Assembly (NCBI GenBank): GCA_021613535.1
Contig: CP075497.1
Span: forward strand, 7,502,001 to 7,566,000
Length of the DNA stretch: 64,000 bases
Reading direction: 5' to 3'
DNA from: Adineta vaga
Lineage: Eukaryota; Animalia; Rotifera
This document shows, piece after piece, positions 13,083-25,365 of the stretch. Under the pieces are notes generated by a model, which was given only the letters and a program-made list of their open reading frames with translations, was not told the DNA's origin and searched no databases. How positions within the stretch are numbered: the stretch's first letter is position 1; each line of letters begins with the position of its first letter. The translations under genes were made by a program, and so were the position numbers.

Positions 13083-16046
13083 ATGGGGAATCGAACAAGT
13101 AGTGAATCGCTTCTTCGTACATCGAATTTAAATTCTTCATCGTTTGAAAATCGAGAAGATATCACATTAATATGGTTAGATAAAACGATTGATACAACTC
13201 GAACGACATTACGTGAAATAACGGATTATGTTCTATTATATACAGAACTTGAACCATGTTTGTCATGTCTTCGTTCGATAAAAAATGAACGAGTCTTGCT
13301 CGTGATTTCGGATAGTTATGCAGAATTATGTCTCGATGATATTCATTCATTATCACAAGTTCATTCAATCTTTATATTTTGTATGAAAGTATTTCAATAT
13401 AAACAGAAGTTATTTGATTGGAATCGTTATTCAAAAATTATTGATGTTTTCGACAATGAAGATCAATTAATTCAATCTCTTCGAAATGAAATCAATGATT
13501 TACAAAAACATTTGATTACATTCAGTTTCTATGATAAACAAAGATCATTAAAAGATTTATCGAAAGAATCAGCATCCTTTCTTTGGTTTCAACTAATCAA
13601 AGATGTTCTTTTTCAAATACCTTCTTGTGATCAAACTAAACAACTAATTATTCAACTATGTGAACAATACTATCGTGGCAATACAGAAATCAAAGAAAAT
13701 ATCGATAAATTTTCGGAAACAAGTACCATACATAATGCCATACATTGGTATAGAAAAAGAACATTTCTTAATCGTCTATGTCAGAAAGCATTTCGAACAC
13801 GAGATATAGAAATCTTATATCTCTTTCGAAATTATTTTCAAGATTTATGTCGACAAATCGATAATGAACATCATTTATTAATCACTCGAGAACTCAATCA
13901 ACCGATTTTGATATTCTATCGAGGAATACAATTACATGAAGATGAAATCATTCGTTTTCAATCAAAAATTGGTTCATTAATAACAGCAAATGGTTTTCTA
14001 TTTACAACACGACATTATAATTTAGCTGTACAATCTGCAATGAAAAGTTCGAAACATTCATCGGATATTTCACCGGTTCTATTTATTATTCAAACGAATA
14101 TTCATCACGATCAAGTTATATTCGCAGATATTTCATCGATGAATGATACGTGTAGTATTAATGGAAAAGACGATGACGAAGAAGGTGAAATTATATTTGA
14201 TTTAGGTTGTGCATTTAAAATAAATGAAGTTTATTTTGATAAAAATCGAAATGTTTGGATAATAAACCTTAGTTCAACCAATGAAAGTCGAGAAATTGTT
14301 GAAAATTATATTGAAGAAACTCAATATGAAATTGAAAAGGGAAATCCTCTTCTTCTTTTCGGTTCATTATTAACTGAAATGAGACAATATTCTCAATCAC
14401 AAATCTTTTGGGATATATTAATTTCATCAAATTTAATCGAGGATAAAACATCTCTCTATACAAATACAGGTCGAGTGAAATATCATCAAGGTTTCTATGA
14501 TGAATCATTAAAAGATTTTAAACTTGTTTATGATATACAACGTGATGAAAAACCAATTAATTATGGAATGTTAGCTCAAACAATGCATTTTCTTGGACTA
14601 GTTTATTTAGAACAGAAAAATTTTGACATTGCACTTGATTATCATTTTGATGTGCTGAAAATTCATAAACAACATACAGATATCTCTGATCTTCTTCTAG
14701 CAAATACAAATAATTCAATCGGTATTGTTTTTACTCATAAACATGATTATGATCAAGCATTGAAATATTTATTTCGTGCAATGAAACTTTATGAAACGTA
14801 TTTTTCGACAAAAGATCATTCAGCAATTGCAGCTAATTACAATAGTATTGGTTTAGTTTTTTATTATTCAAAACAATATGAACAAGCATTAGAATATTGT
14901 TTAGAAGCATTACATATTCGTCAAGAAGTTCTTTCACGTAATCATTTACATATAGCTGATAGTTGTAATAATGTTGCACTGATTTATCATCATTTATTTG
15001 AATATGATCAAGCATTTGAATTATTTCAACGTGCTTTACAAATCTATGAGAATGATATGTGTCAAAAAATGCGTGTACCAATTTGTTTAAATAATATTGG
15101 TTTACTTTATTTAGATCAATCGAAGTATGATCAAGGTATTGAATATTATTTACGAGCATTAGATATTTATAAACATGAAAATAATGATACAAAGAAATAT
15201 CAAGAAGAAATTGGATTTACATTAGATAATTTAGGTATTGTTTGTGAAATGAAATATGATTATGATAATGCATTGAAATATTATCAATTAGCGTATGATG
15301 AACAAAAGGATAATTCCGATAAATCAATACGAATATTAATTCGTATTGGAAATATTCTTCATAAGAAAGGTGATAATGATCAAGCATTAGTTTGTTATCA
15401 AAATGCATTGAGTAAAAGTGAAAGTTATTCATCAGATCTTGTTGCATCAGTTTTAATGTCAATTGGAATTATTTATCATCGACAAAAACATTATGAATTA
15501 GCATTGGATACATATAAACGTGTTGTATCAATTCAAAAACGTTTATCAACAAATCATGAATTAGATTTAGCTTGGACTTATAATAATATTGGTTGTCTTT
15601 ATGATGATATTGGTGATATGAAACGAGCTTTGAAATATCAGCAAAAAGCGTATGATATTCGACGAAAATTCCTTCAATCAACACATCCAGATTTAGCAAT
15701 AAGTTTAAATAATCTTGGACGTATTCATCAAACATTAGCTCATCGTTCAGGTGGAAATCCTGTTGAATCAGAACAAGCTTTACAAAATTATAAAGCTGCA
15801 CTTCATATTCGACGAAAATCCTTAGCAGTTGATCATCCTGATTTAGCAATATCTTATTATAATCTTGCATTGATACATGTTGATCAACAAGAATACGAAC
15901 AAGCTTATAGTGAAATTCAAAAAGCATTAAATATTCAAAAGAAAAAATTACCACCTAATCATCCAGATTTAGAACAGACGTTAAAACTTGAAAAACGAAT
16001 CAAAATCTTTCTTGATTATCGATATACTCTAGCACGATATGTATAA
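13083..16046 (+). CDS. ADP-ribosyltransferase-like domain + TPR-repeat protein (987 aa, intronless CDS)
   Basis: N-terminal LIWLD / receiver-like segment; ART motifs FYRG, FLFTT and EGEIIF; roughly a dozen ~42-aa TPR repeats (HPDLAISLNNLG type). Confidence 0.85.
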   Translation: MGNRTSSESLLRTSNLNSSSFENREDITLIWLDKTIDTTRTTLREITDYVLLYTELEPCLSCLRSIKNERVLLVISDSYAELCLDDIHSLSQVHSIFIFCMKVFQYKQKLFDWNRYSKIIDVFDNEDQLIQSLRNEINDLQKHLITFSFYDKQRSLKDLSKESASFLWFQLIKDVLFQIPSCDQTKQLIIQLCEQYYRGNTEIKENIDKFSETSTIHNAIHWYRKRTFLNRLCQKAFRTRDIEILYLFRNYFQDLCRQIDNEHHLLITRELNQPILIFYRGIQLHEDEIIRFQSKIGSLITANGFLFTTRHYNLAVQSAMKSSKHSSDISPVLFIIQTNIHHDQVIFADISSMNDTCSINGKDDDEEGEIIFDLGCAFKINEVYFDKNRNVWIINLSSTNESREIVENYIEETQYEIEKGNPLLLFGSLLTEMRQYSQSQIFWDILISSNLIEDKTSLYTNTGRVKYHQGFYDESLKDFKLVYDIQRDEKPINYGMLAQTMHFLGLVYLEQKNFDIALDYHFDVLKIHKQHTDISDLLLANTNNSIGIVFTHKHDYDQALKYLFRAMKLYETYFSTKDHSAIAANYNSIGLVFYYSKQYEQALEYCLEALHIRQEVLSRNHLHIADSCNNVALIYHHLFEYDQAFELFQRALQIYENDMCQKMRVPICLNNIGLLYLDQSKYDQGIEYYLRALDIYKHENNDTKKYQEEIGFTLDNLGIVCEMKYDYDNALKYYQLAYDEQKDNSDKSIRILIRIGNILHKKGDNDQALVCYQNALSKSESYSSDLVASVLMSIGIIYHRQKHYELALDTYKRVVSIQKRLSTNHELDLAWTYNNIGCLYDDIGDMKRALKYQQKAYDIRRKFLQSTHPDLAISLNNLGRIHQTLAHRSGGNPVESEQALQNYKAALHIRRKSLAVDHPDLAISYYNLALIHVDQQEYEQAYSEIQKALNIQKKKLPPNHPDLEQTLKLEKRIKIFLDYRYTLARYV

Positions 16047-17550
16047 AAAACAGATAAATGTATTCGTTTCATAGGATTCATCTTGTCTTAGGATTAGTTT
16101 TCAATTTTAGATAAATGTTAAATTTGTGTATTCAGTGAAAAATATCGAGAATGTTAGATAGCATTGCTTGGATTGTATTTGATTCGTAAGATTGAAAACA
16201 ATTTGCCATATAAGGAAATGAACGAATCGATCCAACAAACGACTATTCTATTCCCATTTCTATAATATTGTGCATGTTCATTCAATTTTTGTTGATAAAT
16301 ATGCTAAAGAATCTAACTATGCAAATATCATGAAGATTTTTACTTGGCTTCATTATCTATTCATCATGCATTGTTTTTATTTTAAATAATTTCATGAAAG
16401 AAAGAAAAACTATTGATGAGATCAAAACTTCCTTGGAAATCAATGAGAAAAAAAAACAATTGTTTTTCTATTCCTATATTTTCTATGTTCAACAAGACAA
16501 TGACATTGATTGTAATGTCAAACGAGAAACAATGAAATGAATACTTGAAAATTAGAATAGATGAATATTTTGTAATCTACATAACAAATGAAGAAAGAAT
16601 CGAATGTCATGAAATGTTTTCTTTTTATTTGATTTGATAGATGGGTAATGAGATCATGTACCGCCTTTTAACGAAAAGATTGATGTTTGAAAGATTGAAT
16701 ATGATATGAAAAATTTGTCTCGACAACACGATATAATTATATAGTTTATCATAAGAATATTCTATTGGTTCAATTGACCAAACTTATCTATCATTATAAT
16801 GGAGCTACGATTTACACCCTCTCGTGTTTCTTTTTTTATCTAGTATTACATGCTCATTCATTATATGAAAACCATACTGATCATCTAACCTATCTGTTCT
16901 TTTCTAAACAACAATTTATATTAATAATGTACATGAATTAAATCTAACAGTGAATCTTTTTGCCAATATAATCTTATATAGTCTATTTTATCCACGATAA
17001 TTACATTTTACATGTCAAGAATGATTGTCGTAGATTTTCCTAAATGAATGTGTTAAGCAACGATGAAGAAAAATTCTTTTTTCTCTCTTTCGATAATCAA
17101 TTTTTAGAACGACATTCCCTTGATGAATGAACCTCACAGACATATGACGTTCTTCAATAGACTAACAAAACAAACCAGCTGTATTCATCTTTCTCTCTTT
17201 TCTCACATGAGAGAGAGAGAGAGAAAGAAAGAAAGAAAGAACTAAACTATTATTAAATGAAAATATGATGAATATGTTCGCATCATCGGAAAAAATTTCT
17301 TCTACTCTCCGATTTCTCTTCGTGTTTTGTTACTGTCGACTTCGACGGTCGATGATTATTTTGTTTCAAAAACAACAGCAGCAGCAGCAGCATTAATAGC
17401 ATAGATAATACAGAAAGGAAGAGAAAGAGAAAAAAAATGAACGTTTGGAAAAATAGGAAGACCTGATGATTACTTACTCTAGTTGAAGTCAAAAACATCA
17501 CTCATTTCTATCTTTCGCAGTATTGTCGAGGTCATTTCCGAGAAAAAAAC

Positions 17551-18237
17551 ATGTATGTTTGGTACTTTATCGGATTGATTGGTATGTTTACATCAAGGAA
17601 TTGATTCTTTTCTTTCGATTGAAATATAGGATGTTTCTATGTGGATATATCTTATGGACAGAATCCACCTTCGGCTTTAACCGATCGTGAATCACGTCAA
17701 AATGATATCGCACAAATTCCTGGGGTTATTCTGGATAATCCTCCACCTATTTTCCCTGAAAATACAAATACTGTAGTTGACGCTGAAGTAGTTACGGAAA
17801 CAATCAGTTCAGAAGCAACAACAACATTAGCAACAACGACTCAAACATCAGAACCATTTTTATGTTATGAATGTACAGATTGTCAGAACAAATCTGCTCT
17901 GTTGACTACTGTCTGTGGAGGAGACATTGGAGTGTGCTATGTAAACTATCTCTTGGATTACTCTAATATTATTTATATTCATCGATTAAATTTCTCTCTT
18001 TTTCTTTATCTCTAGAGTATGACGAAACGTGTGAACAATATTAGTCAAATAATACGTCGTGGTTGTACAACATCTAAAGATCAGTGTATGATACCTACGG
18101 ATGATCAACCACATACATACGAAACTGTTACATGTTGCAAACATCATAAATGTAATCAAGCAACTGAATTTTCACCAATGTTCTTTCTCTTCATACTTAG
18201 TCTATTCATTATTTTAATTAATCATATTCATGTCTAA
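17551..18237 (+). CDS. Secreted/GPI-anchored Ly6/uPAR (three-finger, Quiver-like) protein with Thr-rich N-terminal stalk; exons 17551-17581, 17630-17940, 18016-18237
   Basis: Signal peptide; Cys pattern CYECTDC...C...CY...RRGC...C...CCKHHKCN; hydrophobic C-terminal tail. Confidence 0.75.
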
Positions 18238-19244
18238 GAAGAAAATCCCTCTCCGTTTTTTCTTTTGTAGAAAAAAAAACGACCCTATTATTTATTCATT
18301 TAATGTTCTACCTTCTCCTCCTATCTAGTCAAACATATCTCTTTCTTCATAGTATAGATTCAATCACACGACTATTTAACAAAGGAAAGAAATGTCTGTA
18401 GTTTTAAATGTTCTCTAATTGCTTATTGTTTAACAATAATAAAATGAACGAAGATGTTACTAGTTGATTTCTTTTTTCTCTTGAACAATTTTTGATAGAT
18501 ATATATTCTGCATAGACTGCACATAGAACGTTCGACATTTGGCAAATATTCATGCTTGATTAGAACAGTTTCCGGTGTACATTTGGCTCGATACGGATGA
18601 TGAGTGAAGCGAACAAATCATGAGCAATGAACATATCTTTCCGTTCTCTTCGAGTCAATAAATAAATCAGAGACAGTAACATGATAAGATTTTGTCAAGG
18701 ATTTTGGCAAACCATTGACAATTATTATGATCTTGATGTTCAGCAAAAAAAGACCTGAACGAATGAAATGATACTCTTACAAACTAGTGAAAAACGACAA
18801 TCATTGGATATGTCTATCGATAATCAATATGAATTTACAAACAGACACTTGTTAATTCTTAGATGAACATTTGACAATAAAATAAATTTGTTCATAAAGC
18901 AAAAATATTGTAAAGATCGCATCTCTTCTCTTTCTTTTTTGCTTCACTAAGTTACGTCTCATTGCTTCTTTTCTTTTTTTTTTCTTTTACTTTACTTCGA
19001 TACAGGACATATGTACAAAATGCACAACCGTGAAATACATCGTGTACAATATCACAGGTCGATTACATGAAGTATAAAAAGGAAAAAGACGAAGAGAAAA
19101 AAAAATCCATGCGAAAAAAGAAAGAAACCATTCGTAATACACCGCATGTGACCAGTCAAAATAATATGTAATATAAGAAAGAAACGTTTGCAACTAACTC
19201 TCTCTCCCTCTCTCTGTCTCTTCTATTGGAATATTATAACAGAT

Positions 19245-22200
19245 ATGAATTCCGTTCGAAAACGACCACGTGATTCATATGATCAAACAGATCTTCAAAC
19301 ACATACAGCTCGTTTAAATGATCGAATTAGTAAACATCAATTACATAATTATGGATCAGCGATTGATGTCTATGATGCTGTTGCTCGTACATTATTACCT
19401 TATTGGGAATATAATGAACGATATAAAATTAAAATTTCGAAACAATTACGATTGGATAATTCTGGTATAACTAATGTTGCACATCATGTACGTGCACAAT
19501 TACAAACATTGCATGGCGAAGAAAAGAATTCTACGATTAATATTTGTAGTATCGATATATCGAATGGTGATCCATCAGTTTATTTAGAAAATTGTATACA
19601 TGGACGAACATTACAAATCTTAGCAAATCTTCTTGGAATTGAAATACGTCTTGTTACATCGTATGTATATGAAGAAGTTATTTCAGTTATTCCAGCTGAT
19701 TTATTAGAATTTCAACCATTACATATTGCATTTAATGATGTTTCCAAACAATTTTTTATGCTTGATAAACCAGGTAAAATCTAATAAATAATTTTCATTT
19801 AAAGAATTATTCATATATGTTTCAATTTAGCAAATGTCAAACGTGATGATTTATTACAACATCAACAGACACTCGATCATCTTATTCAAAAATATAATCT
19901 CATTCCAACTGTTCTTCCACCAACAAATGGACGTTGTCTTTCACTTTTCTTATGTATTGCACAAATACTTAAATCAAATACAGCAGATTTTCTTGATACA
20001 ACAGCTTTAGCTAATCAAATTCGTGATGCTACTTATCAACAATTAATATCCAATTTCGATCTCTATCAAACTTATATACTTCCATCATTATCGACTAAAT
20101 CCAATGAAGTTGATATTCGTCGTGATAGTGAATATCTAACTGAATCAAATTATTATCGTTGTCAATTAGAACGACCTATTTTACATGCTCTTGCTCATGT
20201 ACTTCAATGTAATCTTGTCATATTTTCTTCGGTAACTCTACAACAACCACCAGAAATGATCGATGCAGAACATAATAATCGATCGAATGATAGTGATCAA
20301 GTGATTGTATTAATGAAAAATGAATCAACACAACGATTTACAAGTGCTCGAATAACATGTTCGTAAATTTAATTCGAATTCAAATAGGAAATTTTGTTTT
20401 CTTTTCGAAATTTAGATTCATTAAATCATTTATTTATGCAGAAGGATTCTCCTGAGAATTCAACTGATCCAATTTATGAAACAATCGATCATCCACCCTT
20501 ATGTGATTCAAAAAATAAATCAACAACATCATCGTCATCGTCGGCAAATACATTTTTTAGTAAAACAAAAGATAAATTTGTTACAGCAGTTAATAAACTA
20601 GTCGATAATTATGGTAATTTACCTAAGAAACAAACCTATATGAATACACCTCAAACGCGATCAAATAATCATCATAATAATAATAATAATCACCATCATA
20701 ATGAACAAATAGTACCATTATCAGCTATAGAACATAAACCAACAAATACGAAACGTCAAGCACCATTGGCTGAACATATCCTTCGTCGACAAGAAGAAAC
20801 ACGTCCAAGTAATCATCAACCATCTGATGTGACATATGAAAATACAACGAATGTTCTTCCAACACCGGTAACGCATCGATCATCGACATCGTCATCAACA
20901 ACAACATCCGCAAAAAATACTGTAATTTTTACTTAATGAGGCGTGTCCTCATCTATAAAAAGTCGTCATTTTATTTCTTCCTCATTCAATATTTTTTCTT
21001 TAGCAACCTTCATCACCAAATAAACGACAATTACGTCCTGTTGCTTACAAAGATCGACAGAAAACGTTAACAAAAATGGGTACAGCAAAAACAAACGTAA
21101 ATCAAAATGTTTTCAATGGTGTTACTATTGAAGATGTTGATGAAAGTACAACCGCAGATGAAGCCAATAATGAAGATGAATATGATTCATTTAGTGACGA
21201 AGCTGCAGAAGGTTTACAAACGGCTATTCTTCGAGAACGAAAGAAAAAAAAGGCAACAACAGTAACAAATGTGAATACAGGAACGATATTAAAAAAATTA
21301 CCACGTGATTATCAACCCAAAAAATCAGCACCTTATCGTTTTGATCGTGAGTCATTGAAGCGACAGCAACAAAGTTATGTCACAGCTGAGGAAGATCTCT
21401 ATGAGAATGATCGACAACGTGATGATCTCAATCGTGATGATGATATCTATTTATCAACATCTGATATTGTTCAACGAGATCGAAAACAACTTCAATTATT
21501 TGTTAATGGTCGAACAAATAATAAATCTCAAACATCATCAACATCTTCATCAACACAACTACAAGAGCGTAAAACGTCGGTACCAAAGGTCACATCAACA
21601 ACATCGAACAATAATGATCGACAATCATTTTTAATTGACAAAGATGCTGTTTTGGAAGTGTTAGGTCATAATATTGCTCAACGTGATCGTCATATATTAA
21701 TGAAAGTTCTTAAACAAGAAGATTTAGTTTCTAAAGAATGGCAACGTTTACTATTTCTTTTGGATGAATATGTTAATAATCCAAAGAAAGAAAAGAAAGA
21801 ACGTGGTCTCTATGCATTGACATTAATGGAAAATCTCGATCGACTTGGTTATGATATGTTAGAAATACAATCGACTGGTCCAAATCATTTCAAAGCTATT
21901 GCTAAATCAATTCTATTAATTATTGAAATCAATGATTGGTTTAGTGATCATATCTGTCGAGTATTACATTTAAATGGACCCAATGATCCTCGTATGGTAC
22001 GTCATTTAAGAAAATTATGTTTAAGAGAATGGGTCAGAAATGCGGATGAATATCGAACATTATTTGCACAACAGAATAATACACAACAACAGCAACAACA
22101 ACAACAGCAACAGCAGCAGCAGCAGCAGCAACAACAACAACAACAACAACGTATAACATTAGATTTAAGTCGAGAAATTGAACGATTTAGATCAGACGAT

Positions 22201-22995
22201 TATTATCGTTCTGATATGTGTGCTTTAGTCAATCAAGCTTTAGCAACAGGATTGGCCATACCAATTCATGTTGTTCGAGCCGTACGTGAACCAAATAATT
22301 CATTAGATATTTTTGTACCAATGCGTGGTATAGCACGTCCTGGTTTAGCTATTGTATTAATCGCCGGTCATTCAAATACTGGAGATGGACATTATGATGT
22401 CGCTGTACTCAAAGGACACCCTCAAACGTTACGTAAACATCGAAATGTTACATTTGATGATAAACCTGAAGTTCGTTCGTTTGAAACAAATACTGATGAG
22501 CAATCCCAAACAGCTTTGAAAACCATCGCACTCAATAATAATTCTACTATGCCTCCACCTTCACAACAGCAGCCACCTCAACCACAACCACCAGCAATGA
22601 TGAATCCTGCTTTGATGGCTGCACATCAAGCTCAATTTTTCGGTAATCCCTTTATGTATCCACCATATGCATTTGCAGCCCCTCCACCGCCTCCTCCTCC
22701 TCAACAACAACAACAACCACAACAACAACCGGCTCCAGGTTCCCCTTCACTTCATCGAGGTGCAAATAATAATATGAGTAATAATAATAATCAATCAAAA
22801 GCAAATATCTCCGGTAATTCTAATTCTACAACACCTCCAACATCAATGATGTTACAACCACCAATTCCATTTCTTCAAATGCAACAAGCACAACCAGCAT
22901 TTGTTTATACTCCAATGATTCATACAGCTCCACAACAAGCACCACCTAATGCAGGTGCAGCATTCTTTTATACACCTGCAAATTATCCCATGTGA
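19245..22995 (+). CDS. Protein with three degenerate OTU-like domains, polyQ, RVxF motif and Pro/Gln-rich tail; exons 19245-19773, 19831-20358, 20416-20921, 21004-22995
   Basis: In-frame splicing. OTU-like signatures: NGRCLSLF...ALAHVLQCNLVIF, ALATGLAIPIHVV...GHYDV, and ILANLLGIEIRLV. Confidence 0.65.
22084..22149 (+). repeat. CAA/CAG polyglutamine tract (~22 Q)
   Basis: Read directly; lies inside the third OTU-like domain. Confidence 0.9.
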
Positions 22996-23745
22996 CTTTT
23001 CTGATTTGATATTTTAAAAAATACAAATTTATATTGTTTTTTTTCTCTTTTAATAATGTCAAAATAAAGAAGCAAAAAAGTATACTGATCGACTAAAAAC
23101 ATATCTTGATAATTTGATTTGTTCTCAATTATTTCAATGTCATTTATGACACAATCGACAAAACAACAAATGAAATCATTTGTTTGTGAGGCGTATCCTT
23201 GTCGACGTTATTGAATCTAACACATAGCCAATTATTTTTCGTCTCAATATTAACTGGAAAAGATGCAATTGTTTCAATTAAAATTAAAGGTGAGACTGTA
23301 AACGTACTTTATACTCGACATATATTTACTCCCAAACATCAATTTCCGATCATAGAACATCATAATTAGATGAAAATAAGTCTATTGTCAATGTTAACAA
23401 TATATCAATTTCTATACTACATGTCTTTGATTTTACTTTGTTTTTGTTTTCATTGTTCTTGATGAAAAATTATAAGTGTACGATTAAATTCATTTCTTCT
23501 TTGTTTTATATTTTGCAGGAAACTGAACATAGATTTATACTCCTATGAATTTGGTTGTTATGTATTTTTCGTTCATCCACAGAAACAGAGAAAAATAATT
23601 CTCTATCAGAGTGTAATTGCACCACCACGGCAATACTTCATGACGCACATGTATGTGTAAATATTTTTATATATTACGATTACTCATTGTGAGATGGGAG
23701 TATAACATTATTCTGTTTATGATATTTATTTTATTATATTCATAG

Positions 23746-24315
23746 ATGATTCGTCAAAATATATCATCTAGTTTAGAATCGATGCAAGAACTTCATCTCA
23801 AATATGGTTGGATACCAGGTGCTGAAAGTATTCGACCGGACGCTGAAATACGTGAAAAAAAAGAGAATTATATAAAAAATATGTTAACACGTTATGCTAG
23901 TCTTCAAGACTTTGTTTTACATAAATTTTTTGGATTGAAACCCGTTGTGGAAGGGAATTGGACGAATTCCAAATTACATGTTCCTATTGCGGAAATTACT
24001 GCTGCTCGAACTGCTGAAATAAAAGATTCAAATCGTCATCCATTTCGTTTAGTACCTAATCTCTTTTCTTATCGTGTTCCTGCAGGTACAAATCATTATG
24101 TTATTTGGTTTCTTTTAAATGGAGATGAAACTATTGATCCAATTACAAAGTCTCCATTGACTAACGATGAGATTACTTTAAGTATTGAAGAAGCATTACA
24201 ACAATTACTTGGCCCTACGAAAGATCAATTCTCGTTTGTTTGGTATCTCAATCCAAAACCAACTATTGTCTCAGATGTTTTATATCATGTACAAGTCTTT
24301 TGGATATCTGGTTGA
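23746..24315 (+). CDS. DUF3605/GIG1-like protein (HGT candidate)
   Basis: Motifs PNLFSYRVPAGTNHYVIW and WYLNP...YHVQVF resemble the fungal/protist DUF3605 pattern; intronless CDS. Confidence 0.6.
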   Translation: MIRQNISSSLESMQELHLKYGWIPGAESIRPDAEIREKKENYIKNMLTRYASLQDFVLHKFFGLKPVVEGNWTNSKLHVPIAEITAARTAEIKDSNRHPFRLVPNLFSYRVPAGTNHYVIWFLLNGDETIDPITKSPLTNDEITLSIEEALQQLLGPTKDQFSFVWYLNPKPTIVSDVLYHVQVFWISG

Positions 24316-24642
24316 TTAAGATCAGCATAAGAATGAACTATGACTTTTCTTTATTATGTATAAGTGTTCTATAATAAATCGTAATTCAATATATTTGATC
24401 TTTTTGAACTTCGTGATTTTGTATGAGTACAAAGCTCTCGACATATTTGAGACAGATATTCAACATGAATGTATAAAATAAAAATCCTTGAAGGACGTCA
24501 TTCAACCGTAACTTGCGCATGTACAGGCACAGAGTACACATTAATATAGCAAAGATATTGTATTTATTATATCATTTTTTGTTTTTCTTGACTGAATTAT
24601 CTCTGTACATTTGTCAACAACAAGTAATATTCCATCGTCATT

Positions 24643-25365
24643 ATGATAATCTATCTTCTTTCTGCTCCGGGTGATTTTGCTTCTGCACTCATGTATGCAT
24701 TCAATCAACGTTCAGATACATTGGTTATGGATGAACCTTTCTATGGCATATGGTTGAAAAATAATGGTAAAAAACAAGCATTTTATGATGAAGTTATGTT
24801 ACGAATGGAATGTGATGATGCAAATAAAATACATGATGAAATTGAAAATAGCGAAAAAATAAAAGGAAATATTTTTGTAAAAAATACAATGAATACCGTA
24901 CCACATATGAATGAACATCGTTTATTGAAGTATCATCCTATACTTCTTATTCATGATCCAGCTGAAACAATTGTATCCCATGGTATAATAGAACCAGCAT
25001 TAACTACTCGAGATCTGTTTCTAGAAGATCAAGTTAGAATGTATGATTGGTTGAAGGAAAAAATAAAAGAAGATCCCATTGTTATTAATAGCAATGAATT
25101 GAAGATAGATGGTGCAGCAATTCTACAAAAAGTGTGCAAAATACTAAATTTATCATATACAGATGAAATGTTATCGTGGCCATCGGGTCCAAAATCTATC
25201 GATGGTTTTTGGACTCAATTTTCAAACAATAAAGTTCATGCTTCAACTGGATTTCAGTCATTATCTTCAATACAAATTACGCGAGAAGACCTTCCAAAAA
25301 ACATGATTACAATTTACAATGCAGTATTACCTCATTATGAAAAACTTCTATCTCATTGTATCTAA
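24643..25365 (+). CDS. Sulfotransferase-like P-loop protein (BCAT-like N-terminal / Sulfotransfer_5 type; HGT candidate)
   Basis: ALMYAFNQRSDTLVMDEPFY, EMLSWPSGPKSIDGFW and VHASTGF match the bacterial/plant family; intronless. Confidence 0.75.
   Translation: MIIYLLSAPGDFASALMYAFNQRSDTLVMDEPFYGIWLKNNGKKQAFYDEVMLRMECDDANKIHDEIENSEKIKGNIFVKNTMNTVPHMNEHRLLKYHPILLIHDPAETIVSHGIIEPALTTRDLFLEDQVRMYDWLKEKIKEDPIVINSNELKIDGAAILQKVCKILNLSYTDEMLSWPSGPKSIDGFWTQFSNNKVHASTGFQSLSSIQITREDLPKNMITIYNAVLPHYEKLLSHCI

Noticed and set aside
13162-15954. Several minus-strand ORFs within the ART-TPR gene
   Set aside because: Antisense shadows caused by codon bias; no domain signal.
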